A DNA stretch of 64,000 bases from a virus (Duplodnaviria > Heunggongvirae > Uroviricota > Caudoviricetes): positions 40,076 through 104,075 of the IMG/VR virus record IMGVR_UViG_3300014208_000030; one strand, written 5' to 3'. Below are positions 7,994-17,234 of the stretch, piece by piece. Position 1 is the first letter of the stretch. Each line of letters opens with the position of its first letter. The notes under the pieces were generated by a model that saw only the letters and a program-made list of their open reading frames with translations, did no database searches and was not told the origin of the DNA. Both the position numbers and the translations under genes were made by a program.

Positions 7994-9047
7994 TTAATTC
8001 GTCCTCGTCTTCATTTTGTGTTTCGTCGGTCTTGCCATAGCAGAATTCTGTTTTGCAGACGACATTAATTTCATCTAAAACACCAGCGGTAAAATACATT
8101 TCCGGTTTTTTGTACACAGCCTTTTCAAATGCTGCCGTCTCGACATGCGCAAACTTGTATTTCTTGCCTACCTTAGTAACAATGCCATATTTAACGGCAA
8201 TATCCAGTAGCCCATAATATCTATCTAGGCCAGTTGTAAATGACAACTTCGTTTCGACAGTAGTCTGCTCCTTTGTCAATCGGCTCTTTTCAAGTTTGAA
8301 TTTCAGAATGTTGCCAACGACAGCTTTGTCGCTATCCCTGTCCTTAGATTTAGATACCATCAAGATTTGATCTGCCGCATACTGTAAACCTGAGCCGCCA
8401 GCAAGAGCTTTTGTTGGCATATACGCACCAATAACAGCATAGATATGGTTGGTAACGATCAGTGGGATATTCAACTTACCCATCTTGAGATCGAGTACCC
8501 TAAATGCCGCCTTAATAAGCTGCGCTTTCGTCATGTCGCGGGTTTCTTTACCGGCTGTACTGTCCTCGATTTCTTTGGTTGTGCTCAGCTGACCTAATGA
8601 GTCTAGCACCATTAACATTGGTGGTCTGTCTTTTGGCTTGACTACCTCATATCGATTAACGATATCCAGAGCCTGTGTCCTAAACTCTTGGATTGTCGAT
8701 ACTGGAATGATCATCATGCGACGAGAATCAATGCCGCGATCCTCAATAGCTGATTTAGACAATGCACTCTCTGATTCGAAGTACATCACACCACCGGTAG
8801 GATTTTGCTCTAGAAAGTACTTACAGATTGATAGTGCAATAAAAGTTTTACCGGCAGATGATTCACCGCCTAGTCCCAGTGCTTTATTTGATGGCATGCC
8901 GCCAAAAATGTCGCCACAGAGCTGCGCATTAAGAATATAGCAGCCTGTATCAATAAATCCAAAAACATCGCCAGACACGCCATTTGAGGCTATACTGGCA
9001 TACTCGTTATTTAGTCCCTTTAGTGCTTCTGCAAAAAATTCACTCAT
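7983..9047 (-). CDS. uvsX: RecA-like recombinase UvsX
   Basis: GESSAGKT, VLDSLG, VTNHIY, GGSGLQY, KSRLTKE. Confidence 0.95.
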   Translation of the reverse strand: MSEFFAEALKGLNNEYASIASNGVSGDVFGFIDTGCYILNAQLCGDIFGGMPSNKALGLGGESSAGKTFIALSICKYFLEQNPTGGVMYFESESALSKSAIEDRGIDSRRMMIIPVSTIQEFRTQALDIVNRYEVVKPKDRPPMLMVLDSLGQLSTTKEIEDSTAGKETRDMTKAQLIKAAFRVLDLKMGKLNIPLIVTNHIYAVIGAYMPTKALAGGSGLQYAADQILMVSKSKDRDSDKAVVGNILKFKLEKSRLTKEQTTVETKLSFTTGLDRYYGLLDIAVKYGIVTKVGKKYKFAHVETAAFEKAVYKKPEMYFTAGVLDEINVVCKTEFCYGKTDETQNEDEDELNDD

Positions 9048-9056
9048 GCAGTCTCC

Positions 9057-9458
9057 TTAAACATCGCTTGCTACACGGACTTCAGACCGGAGGATTTCGA
9101 AACCAGCAGGATAGCGAGCAGACAACTTCTCAACATTCATTTCGAGAATTTCATCGATGTCGGTATCCAGTGCTCTACAGGCAACTGTAAGATACCACAT
9201 AACATCACCCAGCTCGCGTTTCATATGGTGGATGTTTTCTTCATTCAGTGGCTTGCCCTGAAACACCAGCTTCTTGACAATTTCATCAAACTCACCAGCT
9301 TCCGCAGTCAGACCAACCGCTGCAGTCAATAATTCTGGGACAGCTACATCAAGTTCGTTATCTTGTAGCTCACACAGGCGAGAAATCATTGATGGGAAGT
9401 CGCGGGATGCATCTGAAATAGTTGTGCCGACAAATGCCTGATAGTTCTTTAAATTCAT
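9057..9458 (-). CDS. mazG: MazG-like nucleotide pyrophosphohydrolase
   Basis: GLTAEAGEFDEIVKK...RELGDVMWY...NVEKLSARYP. Confidence 0.87.
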   Translation of the reverse strand: MNLKNYQAFVGTTISDASRDFPSMISRLCELQDNELDVAVPELLTAAVGLTAEAGEFDEIVKKLVFQGKPLNEENIHHMKRELGDVMWYLTVACRALDTDIDEILEMNVEKLSARYPAGFEILRSEVRVASDV

Positions 9459-9479
9459 AATTTATATTTCTCTCTTATT

Positions 9480-9731
9480 TTAAAATAACACTGAATGTGT
9501 CTTTGGATAGAGCCTGAGCATCTCTGCCTCCTCTCTAATTTTTTTCTTAAGGTTATCTGTGAGATATTTCGGAATTACGGTGAGCTCAATATCATTTTCT
9601 TTACAGTATTCACACAGAATATCTAAACATGTCGTATCCTCACGGACAGCCCTCATCTCCACATACATCGAAAACTGTACTGGATTGTCATCTAAGTCCA
9701 TACTCCCCCTATTGCTCTTCGTTGTCTCCAA
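9480..9731 (-). CDS. 33: Late promoter transcription co-activator gp33
   Basis: FSMYVE...LDILCEYCKENDIE...LKKKIREEAE.LRL; size and pattern fit gp33. Confidence 0.72.
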   Translation of the reverse strand: METTKSNRGSMDLDDNPVQFSMYVEMRAVREDTTCLDILCEYCKENDIELTVIPKYLTDNLKKKIREEAEMLRLYPKTHSVLF

Positions 9732-10038
9732 TTTTTATCATCTGCCCATGCTCGTGCTTAGCTAGGACATGATCTGGCGTAACTCGATACCCAGCTATCT
9801 GACCATTGTGGGCATCATGATAGAAAAAATATTTGCCGTGCCTTGTCTCTGGCTTATCTTCCTGCTCAGGTATTACTATAATCATACCTGTATTCGGTTC
9901 CAGTAGGATACCAAGCATACAAGTAAAGCAGTTGATGCTCTCTTGTAGTTCTGCGAGTGCATCAACCATCCCAGTCTTTATTTCGTCTTTATTGTCATCA
10001 AACATATCCACTTGCTTATATCCCATAATATAGTCCAT
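9709..10038 (-). CDS. Hypothetical protein
   Basis: ORF after its own promoter at 10059-10087. Confidence 0.55.
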   Translation of the reverse strand: MDYIMGYKQVDMFDDNKDEIKTGMVDALAELQESINCFTCMLGILLEPNTGMIIVIPEQEDKPETRHGKYFFYHDAHNGQIAGYRVTPDHVLAKHEHGQMIKIGDNEEQ

Positions 10039-10053
10039 CTGCGTTAATCAAGG

Positions 10054-10087
10054 TGGGTAGTATACCACTATACTGCCCATATGTCAA
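10054..10087 (-). promoter_or_regulatory. sigma70-like promoter straddled by an inverted repeat
   Basis: TTGACA-17-TATACT; 10/11-bp IR at 10054-10064 / 10069-10079. Confidence 0.65.
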
Positions 10088-10092
10088 GGGCT

Positions 10093-12576
10093 TCAGCCCA
10101 TAATACTGTCTAGTGTCACCACCTCTTCTAGCTCCCACCCAATTGAGTCGAGCATACTATTTAGTGGGTCTAGGAATGCCTTCGCCCACTGTAATTTATA
10201 ATCGACATAATGTCTGGCAACTACATCCTCCGGATAATCTGCCGCAAACCCAATAACATTTTCTCGCAATGGGTTCTGCTTCTTCAGGTAGATGAATTTG
10301 AGCTTATCACCACTGTTGATTCTTGGATATTTCGAGACTAGCTCCATATCCTTTACGTGGTGGTTGTGCAAAATTGCTGCTCTGACTGCAATAGGACACC
10401 CACTCTTATATAACTTCTTGCCATCCATATATTTCTCAATATCGGATACGCCACGAGGGAATGCGATGTTCTCTGGTGATGCTGCGTAGAACTCTCGCTT
10501 CAACCCATTTACATATTTTCGAAGATTTCCAATATCTTCATCGAGAATGATTCGTACACATTCCTCCAGTGATGTTCTGACAATTTCTGGTGTTGATGAC
10601 CGAACAATTTCCAACCCCATGACCTTGAGCTGTGGAGTAGCATAGCGAACATTCTCTGAGTCATGGACTTTGAGTACGTATTTCTTCTTCTCTTTCCAGA
10701 AACCCTTCGAAGAAATGTTTTCTCGCTTGAAGAATATGGTTTTCTTAAATGCGTGGGTATGGTCGGCTAGATCATCGAAAACCTTATCGAGCATCTTGCT
10801 GAACTTGACCTTACATACCTCATCCAAGAAGTCGACAATCTCGCTATCCGTTTTACCGGCACAATATTTGTCAACAAGTGCCTGCACATTCACGTAGCAG
10901 CTGTCCGTATCCTCATAGAGAACAAAATCCTGTGCAGGGAATCCGAATTTGCCCAAGTAGTCATTAAACCCCCTGTCAGCGCACTTCAAAACAGCCTGAC
11001 CAGTCAGCGTAATAGCCTCCGCCAATCGAACATCGAAGAATAGGAAGTGCTTATTAGCAAGGGCTCCATACGCAGCATTGAGCAAAATCTTTAACGCCTG
11101 CTCCGCGTTGCGGTTCTTGGCAACATCTTTTTGTAGCTGTACTATTCGGTCTGCATCCGCGCATACTTCGAGCTCTTTCTTTGCCGCAATCATAGCACCC
11201 TTGAATACATCACGGTCATTCAAGAATTCTTCAAACAATGCTGGCAGAAACCCCTGTGTAGCGCGACGATACTGGGTGCCATTGGCAGTTATGCAATTAG
11301 CCGGATCAAATGTAAGACTATTGTTAAACAGTGTGTCTGGCGTCAATTCTAGCCGCGCATCCACCAATGTCTCTGGACTGATGTTCCACTCAATTGCAAT
11401 AGACGGGTACAGTGCCTTGGCATCGAATGAAGCATTCCAACCTACTAAGCCTTTCGCTGGTGGCTTTACGTAGGCACCTTCATATGGCACCGATTCATTG
11501 CCACTCTTGCCATATGGCGTAATTATCCCACCCTGCTTGAGGCTATGGATACTGATCGATTCCCAACACTTTACCGGCGAGAACACATCACCATAGTTGA
11601 TATGGGCAGAATAGGCTACCGTGAGAGCAATTTCAATCAGTCTGAGCTTGTCCTCTAGCGCAACAACTAACTCGGCATCCCTTATGTTATAGTCTGAAAA
11701 AAGTTCCCAATCATTCTCATAGAACTCTTTAAAAGTATTATATGGGTTCTTGAGCTTGTTCGCCTTGAGCTCACAGTAGGCAATGGTATCCAGTTTGTAG
11801 TTTTCTCGCGGAATCAACCTGAACTTGCGATATAGCGCATAGTAATCCAGCGCCTGAACGCCATAGATATCGACAGTGAGTGCTGGCCTGTTGTTATTAA
11901 CAGTTTCTCTGAGGTTGACGGTCTTCCAAGGTGACAACATCTTAACGTATTTCTCACCGAGTACTATCATGATTCGCCCATAGATGTATGGTAAATCGAA
12001 GTACTCTGTGTTCCATCCGCTTATCACATCTGGCAAGTGATACGACCAATACTCAAGAAACCGCTTCAGAAGTGATGCTTCGCTCTCACAGTACTGATAG
12101 GTATCTTTATATTTTCCCGAATAAGGGCGTGTGCCAAATGTGATCAGGCCATGCTTTTTGCTGATCAGGGTGATTAGCGTTATTTCTTCTGGAGTATTGA
12201 ATACATCAACGTTGCCATGATCGGTTGTGGTCTCGATATCCAAGAAAGAGAAATCGATATGCTCGATATCATAATCAACTTTGGCAGCAGTATACGTATC
12301 TGAGATGTAAGCATTGTCCATTTTGGCATTGCCATACACCTTAAAGTTCGACACGTTGTCGTACTGCTTGATATGCTGCTTGGCTTCATAGGGACTTTCA
12401 AAGTCTAGCTTCGCCAGATTCTGCCCATAGAGTGTTTTGTATTCGGTGTCCGCTTTTGATGGGACATAGATGGATGGGGAGTAGGGTATTTCGTCACGGA
12501 ATTTGATTCCGTCTGCATAGCCGGTTGCGAGTATTTTCGCACCACGTATACGAATATCAGTATAGAATTCAGCCAT
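10093..12576 (-). CDS. 43: Family B DNA polymerase gp43
   Basis: Exonuclease DIET, SFDAKALYPS, KILLNAAYG, YEDTDS, KKKYVL. Confidence 0.97.
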   Translation of the reverse strand: MAEFYTDIRIRGAKILATGYADGIKFRDEIPYSPSIYVPSKADTEYKTLYGQNLAKLDFESPYEAKQHIKQYDNVSNFKVYGNAKMDNAYISDTYTAAKVDYDIEHIDFSFLDIETTTDHGNVDVFNTPEEITLITLISKKHGLITFGTRPYSGKYKDTYQYCESEASLLKRFLEYWSYHLPDVISGWNTEYFDLPYIYGRIMIVLGEKYVKMLSPWKTVNLRETVNNNRPALTVDIYGVQALDYYALYRKFRLIPRENYKLDTIAYCELKANKLKNPYNTFKEFYENDWELFSDYNIRDAELVVALEDKLRLIEIALTVAYSAHINYGDVFSPVKCWESISIHSLKQGGIITPYGKSGNESVPYEGAYVKPPAKGLVGWNASFDAKALYPSIAIEWNISPETLVDARLELTPDTLFNNSLTFDPANCITANGTQYRRATQGFLPALFEEFLNDRDVFKGAMIAAKKELEVCADADRIVQLQKDVAKNRNAEQALKILLNAAYGALANKHFLFFDVRLAEAITLTGQAVLKCADRGFNDYLGKFGFPAQDFVLYEDTDSCYVNVQALVDKYCAGKTDSEIVDFLDEVCKVKFSKMLDKVFDDLADHTHAFKKTIFFKRENISSKGFWKEKKKYVLKVHDSENVRYATPQLKVMGLEIVRSSTPEIVRTSLEECVRIILDEDIGNLRKYVNGLKREFYAASPENIAFPRGVSDIEKYMDGKKLYKSGCPIAVRAAILHNHHVKDMELVSKYPRINSGDKLKFIYLKKQNPLRENVIGFAADYPEDVVARHYVDYKLQWAKAFLDPLNSMLDSIGWELEEVVTLDSIMG

Positions 12577-12628
12577 ATTGACTCACTAGTTATCGACACC
12601 CATAATACTATATGCGACTGCCGAAAAT

Positions 12629-12660
12629 GAAAAAGGCGGACAAGTCCTTATGTCCGCCTG
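12629..12660 (-). terminator. Rho-independent terminator
   Basis: AGGCGGACA / TGTCCGCCT 9-bp stem followed by a T run on the minus strand. Confidence 0.7.
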
Positions 12661-12697
12661 TTATTCTTAATTTTCTGTTCTTATTTAAAAATAAGAA

Positions 12698-12988
12698 CTA
12701 TTGCTTGCCAAACTTTGCCAATTTGGATTGGGCAAGTCTATCGAATGCCGTTGGGTTGTATCGATCGTGCTTCCCCTTCTTTTTGGTAGCTTTTGGCGTA
12801 ATAGCAATATAGTCGGTTGCCATAGGCCACGAATCGAAATCAATCACATCAAATTCGCAGTAGTCCTGAAAGGCACCGAACCTAGTGTGCATGCGTATCT
12901 TTTGTTGGGTGTTCGCTACATTTGCCGGAATGGTTCTATCCCACCGATGCATATATTCATTATATATTGGCATACCATTCATTTTCAT
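12698..12988 (-). CDS. Hypothetical protein
   Basis: ORF coupled by an ATGA overlap to the upstream ORF. Confidence 0.55.
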   Translation of the reverse strand: MKMNGMPIYNEYMHRWDRTIPANVANTQQKIRMHTRFGAFQDYCEFDVIDFDSWPMATDYIAITPKATKKKGKHDRYNPTAFDRLAQSKLAKFGKQ

Positions 12989-13152
12989 AGCCCACTCTGC
13001 CAGAGTGCCTTGGTGCCTTGGTGTCCCAGTGCATACATCCCAGAAATCTCACACGCACCGGTGATGGTAACCACATCAACATCGGGATGCTCATTCAATG
13101 TATCCAGTAGTTCTTGGGATGATGTTCCGGTGATCTTGATCGCAGTAGCCAT
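12985..13152 (-). CDS. 55-aa hypothetical protein
   Basis: Manual translation MATAIKITGTSSQELLDTL...; ATGA overlap with 12698-12988. Confidence 0.5.
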   Translation of the reverse strand: MATAIKITGTSSQELLDTLNEHPDVDVVTITGACEISGMYALGHQGTKALWQSGL

Positions 13153-13226
13153 AATATTCTCGTGGTTTATTTTAAAGTCACATTATCTCATAAAAATGGG
13201 CGAAAGTCAATCTCCGCCCATGCAAA

Positions 13227-13646
13227 TTACTTCGACACAATCGAATTCCCAAGTGTATATTTGGGAACAATCTTCCAATTTGCCTTTTCCCTGAATGGAA
13301 TAATCTTTATCTGGCTAACTGGGCATTGATGCTCGACCTTGCTCGCATCGACAATTGTTAGCATACCCCACTCTTGAAGCAGTGTGGCAATTGTGTTTCT
13401 CCGTTCGATATCGTTCCACGTCAAGTTGGTTGATTTGCCATCTAAGCAAAAGAGTTCCTTGAATGATACGATAAAGTACCGACCTTTCTTGTGTAGGATG
13501 TTGCAACTGGGATAGAGTATTTGCTCTTTTCTGGATGCCACACCGATTCGTGTCAACGTCTCCTTTATTTTCAGAAACGTATCATACTCATCGAATGTGA
13601 CCTCCAACATGTCTCCTATCGACCAGTTAAAAATTTCATCATTCAC
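13227..13646 (-). CDS. regA: Translational repressor RegA
   Basis: FLKIKETLTRIGVAS...SCNILHKKGRYFIVSFKELF.LDG...RRNTIA.LL.EWG. Confidence 0.94.
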   Translation of the reverse strand: MNDEIFNWSIGDMLEVTFDEYDTFLKIKETLTRIGVASRKEQILYPSCNILHKKGRYFIVSFKELFCLDGKSTNLTWNDIERRNTIATLLQEWGMLTIVDASKVEHQCPVSQIKIIPFREKANWKIVPKYTLGNSIVSK

Positions 13647-13708
13647 TTCTATCTCCTAATTTACATAATATCAAACACATATTTATGTAAATTAGGATTG
13701 GTTGGTTG

Positions 13709-14125
13709 TTACTTCTTTTTGCCGCCTACGCTCATCCTTGCGGACAATTCCTTGATTTGTTCGGCACTTAGTAGCTTTGAGTAGTCAATAGCCACTTGCG
13801 GAGAGCAGTTGTAGTATTTCTGGATGCTGCCAATATCTGGCAGGGCATCCTTCTTTATCCACTTGTTGAATCTTTTTCTCTGCGATATCCCATAGTAATA
13901 GAAGTCATACTGCATGATGTTGCTAAGGGTAGGATACATGTTCATGATGTTCGCGAACAGGATGGTATCCTTCCCATGAGACAGTGCCCGATTAATAACA
14001 AACGGAGTGTAGTCCGCAATGGGGAGTTTATCCCCTTTGCTATTAATGTTCTTTACAAAATCAAAGGGCGTGAACTTCACCACCATCAACCTCCTCTCCG
14101 TCCTCGGTGTCGGCATATGGTACAA
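13709..14125 (-). CDS. 62: Clamp loader small subunit gp62
   Basis: PFDFV...YTPFVINRALS...DTILFANIMN...QYDFY...KRFNKW; precedes regA (true start may be slightly downstream). Confidence 0.85.
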   Translation of the reverse strand: MYHMPTPRTERRLMVVKFTPFDFVKNINSKGDKLPIADYTPFVINRALSHGKDTILFANIMNMYPTLSNIMQYDFYYYGISQRKRFNKWIKKDALPDIGSIQKYYNCSPQVAIDYSKLLSAEQIKELSARMSVGGKKK

Positions 14126-14306
14126 CGAAGAAGTTGACTGGATTATCTGCTCGTTTGCCGATGTCTATGTGGACTACACCCATCTCGGTTGATGCTGTCC
14201 ATGCACCAAGTACAGGATATCGATTGTAGCCGACCTGAACATACACTTGACTATCATGCGACACAGCAGCAGCATCGAGTGCTTCGTGCAATTCTAATAC
14301 GTTCAA
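14061..14306 (-). CDS. Hypothetical protein
   Basis: Codirectional ORF inserted between 44 and 62. Confidence 0.5.
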   Translation of the reverse strand: MNVLELHEALDAAAVSHDSQVYVQVGYNRYPVLGAWTASTEMGVVHIDIGKRADNPVNFFVVPYADTEDGEEVDGGEVHAL

Positions 14307-14512
14307 CTTTCGTCTCCCACAGATATATCACCCAGCGGAATGCTATAGGCATCTATTCCATGATCGATTCGAACCTTGTGTGTGCCGTCCTTCATCTTAT
14401 TGAATCCGCTGACGTGACCGTATAACCTCTCCCCATCAAACATAAAATTGACAGCTCTCCCCTTATGCATTCGCATCAGTTTACTGTGGTTTTCATAATG
14501 CTTATCTGCCAT
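14303..14512 (-). CDS. Hypothetical protein
   Basis: GAGG RBS; inserted between 44 and 62. Confidence 0.55.
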   Translation of the reverse strand: MADKHYENHSKLMRMHKGRAVNFMFDGERLYGHVSGFNKMKDGTHKVRIDHGIDAYSIPLGDISVGDES

Positions 14513-14522
14513 AATATTGTCC

Positions 14523-15458
14523 TCACTTAAATTTCATAGATACCATCAGCTCAACAAGACAGGCTGTGGTGTTAATTTCATGATCAGCAATCATTGTACT
14601 CTGATATCCGTACTTTGCAAGGATTATTACCATCTCAGCAATGCTGTTTTCGGTAACGAGTCCGCACATTTTGGTATAGAGCAGTTTGAAGAATGTTGTT
14701 GGCTCACCGTCAACATTATTCGTGACCCACTTGCGGCAATCCTCGAACTTCTTGTTTTGGATATAACCAACCAACTCTGTGATTGCTGCGTCCGTCATTG
14801 CTGATAAGATGCCGACATCTATTTTGCCGGTCATCGAGTAGCCCTGCAGGACGTTTATGATCTTCCTATTATCTGGAAAATGCTGCTGGATCAGGGCAAC
14901 TACCGCACCCTTGGAATACTCTACACCGTTGTCAGTAAGAATAAATTCCAGTTTGCGCAATAACTCAAGAGCCAATTTCTGAACTTCTTCCTTCGGAATC
15001 TTGAATTCTGTCGGTGGGCATCTTGACAGCAACTCAGGTGTGATTTTATTCACATGGTTGCTAGTAAGAATGAACCTACAATTCTGGGAGAAGGTCTCGA
15101 TCAACGCCTTCAGAGCATCCTGAAACTGGCCGCTGCCTCTGTCTACCTCATCCAAGATAACAACCTTCAGGTTATTCTCTAATGAGCCGCTAGAGGCAAA
15201 TTTGAGCACCTTATCGCGAATGATGTCGACGCCGGTTTCTGATGATGCATTAATGAACAGCACATCGGCACCGATCTCATGGCATAGCGCATAGGCACAG
15301 GTAGTTTTACCGGTACCGCGAATGCCATTGAGAGTCATATTGGCAACCTGACCTTTTGCCACGTATGCCTTGAATGTTTCTTTCATCTTGGATGGCAGTA
15401 TGCACTCATCGATAGTTTTTGGGCGATATCGCTCGCTCCATAAAAATTCTTCTGCCAT
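14523..15458 (-). CDS. 44: Clamp loader ATPase gp44
   Basis: WSERYRPKTIDECILP, GTGKT, ILDEVD, LLSRC. Confidence 0.95.
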   Translation of the reverse strand: MAEEFLWSERYRPKTIDECILPSKMKETFKAYVAKGQVANMTLNGIRGTGKTTCAYALCHEIGADVLFINASSETGVDIIRDKVLKFASSGSLENNLKVVILDEVDRGSGQFQDALKALIETFSQNCRFILTSNHVNKITPELLSRCPPTEFKIPKEEVQKLALELLRKLEFILTDNGVEYSKGAVVALIQQHFPDNRKIINVLQGYSMTGKIDVGILSAMTDAAITELVGYIQNKKFEDCRKWVTNNVDGEPTTFFKLLYTKMCGLVTENSIAEMVIILAKYGYQSTMIADHEINTTACLVELMVSMKFK

Positions 15459-15847
15459 TATTGCTCACCCTCTAGGTACTCTTTGATCTGTTCTGCGGTG
15501 ACTGCGTGTTCTGTGCTAGACCCATTGACGTATTGGTGTGCGCGACTCATATCGATATGAGTATTGATCCATGCCGAAAGTATCCCTCGTAGGGTGTCGA
15601 CCGCATGGGCATCGATGTTCTCGAATAGCTCCAGATCATCGCGATTGCATAGGTCATATGCTGTGTCGTCCCATTGCTCGATAATATAGTTCGTATTCAC
15701 TAAATCTTCTGCGGTAAGTTCCTTGAATTCAGCCGAGTAATATACTGAGCCCTCTATGAGCTCACCATCAGCAGCTAATGCCATTAATGCATCACCTTCT
15801 TCGTGGTAGTTGAACTCTTCATTGTCTAACGAATATATTCTAGTCAT
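15458..15847 (-). CDS. Acidic hypothetical protein
   Basis: ORF between 45 and 44 with tight junctions. Confidence 0.6.
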   Translation of the reverse strand: MTRIYSLDNEEFNYHEEGDALMALAADGELIEGSVYYSAEFKELTAEDLVNTNYIIEQWDDTAYDLCNRDDLELFENIDAHAVDTLRGILSAWINTHIDMSRAHQYVNGSSTEHAVTAEQIKEYLEGEQ

Positions 15848-15853
15848 GACCGC

Positions 15854-16528
15854 TTACTCGAAAGTTGAAAAAGTGTCCATTGCAATATAATACACTACAC
15901 CGCTACCCTGTTTTACCCACCGGCTGATGTTGTTGCGGTTGATCGACACATCATATGAGCCACCTAGTAATTTCAGGTCTTCAATTTTCAACAACATGTT
16001 GAATGTATACGGTGTGGCGACATCAGTATCAATCTGGTAGGCATTGCTGTTTGGGTCTTCTTTGTCGTAGGTCTTGATGGCAATGGTGCCTTCATTTGAG
16101 TAGATGCTCAGGAACTGTGACTTCAGAATTGATGATGCTTTTTGGATTGCTGCGAGCATATCGGATGTCAGTTCAAATTCAACTTCGCACTCTGGCATCG
16201 TGATAACTTTTTCGCTGGCTTCAATTGCCATACGCATAATGACTGGATCGGCAAAATTGTATGTCAGTTTGCTCTTCCCCCACTTGATTACCAAATGGTT
16301 GTCTTTGATGGTAATGTCGCCGTCGGCACCGATAGCAATGACTGAAAGAAATTCATTCAGGTCATATAGGCAGACGGGTGATTCGAAGGTCTCTTCGATG
16401 GTTGCTTGCGCAAAGCTGTTTTTCTGGACGCTTCTTACTTTGACTACGTTACCGGCAGCGATATAGATATTGCTGTTGATAGACGCAAAGTTTTTCAGAA
16501 TTGCGATTGTTGCTGGAGATAATTTCAT
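15854..16528 (-). CDS. 45: Sliding clamp gp45
   Basis: MKLS..T..ILKNFASINSNI...LYDLNEFL, ..YYIA C-terminus. Confidence 0.93.
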   Translation of the reverse strand: MKLSPATIAILKNFASINSNIYIAAGNVVKVRSVQKNSFAQATIEETFESPVCLYDLNEFLSVIAIGADGDITIKDNHLVIKWGKSKLTYNFADPVIMRMAIEASEKVITMPECEVEFELTSDMLAAIQKASSILKSQFLSIYSNEGTIAIKTYDKEDPNSNAYQIDTDVATPYTFNMLLKIEDLKLLGGSYDVSINRNNISRWVKQGSGVVYYIAMDTFSTFE

Positions 16529-16571
16529 GCGTTATTTCACCTGTTAATAATATATTTTTGTTAAGGAATAA

Positions 16572-16604
16572 ACAGCATTATACACGAATATACAATGCTG
16601 TCAA
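16572..16604 (-). promoter_or_regulatory. gp45 promoter coincident with a 13-bp TTCG-loop hairpin
   Basis: TTGACA(16604-16599)-16-TATAAT(16582-16577); ACAGCATTGTATA-TTCG-TGTATAATGCTGT on the minus strand. Confidence 0.72.
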
Positions 16605-16608
16605 CCAA

Positions 16609-17064
16609 TTAAATCACTTCAACCATAACCTTTTCTATGCCAGAAATGCCCAGTACTCTCGCAGCACCAAGACTCAGATCAATGATCCTATTGTACTTCT
16701 TGAAGCCGCCTGTGTCGTTGATCCTAAGAATAATGGTTTTTTTGTTCGCTAAGTTAGTTACGCGAACTTTAGTTCCCATCGGAAGTACATTATGTGCCGC
16801 TGATGCCCAGAGAGGATGAAATACTTCACCACTCTTGGTGCGCCGACCTGCATGCTGATACCCATACCAAGATGCTATTCCGATTTGACGAAAGTGCTTA
16901 AAGGATTTCGCCTTAGCAATCTTTTTCTTATTCGGGACAGCAACCTTTTTCTTAATCGGTGCCGAATGCTTCACCGAGTGAGTAGTATGGTGCCGATGTG
17001 TATTGTCTGACGATAATGCATTGCCAGAGATTAGTAATAAAAATGTTAATAATAACATTCTCAT
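16609..17064 (-). CDS. rlpA: RlpA-like septal lytic transglycosylase (DPBB domain) with signal peptide
   Basis: GIASWYG...SGEVF...AAH..LPMGTKVRVTNLAN...RIND...RIIDLS..AA..LG. Confidence 0.88.
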   Translation of the reverse strand: MRMLLLTFLLLISGNALSSDNTHRHHTTHSVKHSAPIKKKVAVPNKKKIAKAKSFKHFRQIGIASWYGYQHAGRRTKSGEVFHPLWASAAHNVLPMGTKVRVTNLANKKTIILRINDTGGFKKYNRIIDLSLGAARVLGISGIEKVMVEVI

Positions 17065-17167
17065 AGTTTTCTCCTATTTTTGGTGCACTAGGTAAAAACG
17101 CATATGCGCCCAGTGCTTGAATGAATCACTATACTTTCATAATGTATCTAATATTTAGATTGATGGA

Positions 17168-17193
17168 AAGAAGCATCGTAACCGATGCTTCTT
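17168..17193 (-). terminator. Putative terminator hairpin
   Basis: AAGAAGCATCG / CGATGCTTCTT 11-bp stem with a 4-nt loop. Confidence 0.55.
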
Positions 17194-17234
17194 ATTTTAA
17201 AACAAGAAAGGGATTACCCTAACTTTGTTTTCTC

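Noticed and set aside
3644-12401. Numerous plus-strand ORFs of 60-130 aa overlapping thyX, 41, uvsX and 43
   Set aside because: They are antisense shadows of well-supported genes and lack an RBS or motifs.
12577-12606. Plus-strand TTGACT-17-CATAAT promoter just outside the gene 43 start
   Set aside because: It points into antisense with no supported gene, and may be chance or part of the gene 43 leader. It is too weak to call.
12701-13294. 197-aa plus-strand ORF
   Set aside because: It is antisense to three coupled minus-strand genes, has no convincing RBS, and its composition is unlike that of a protein.
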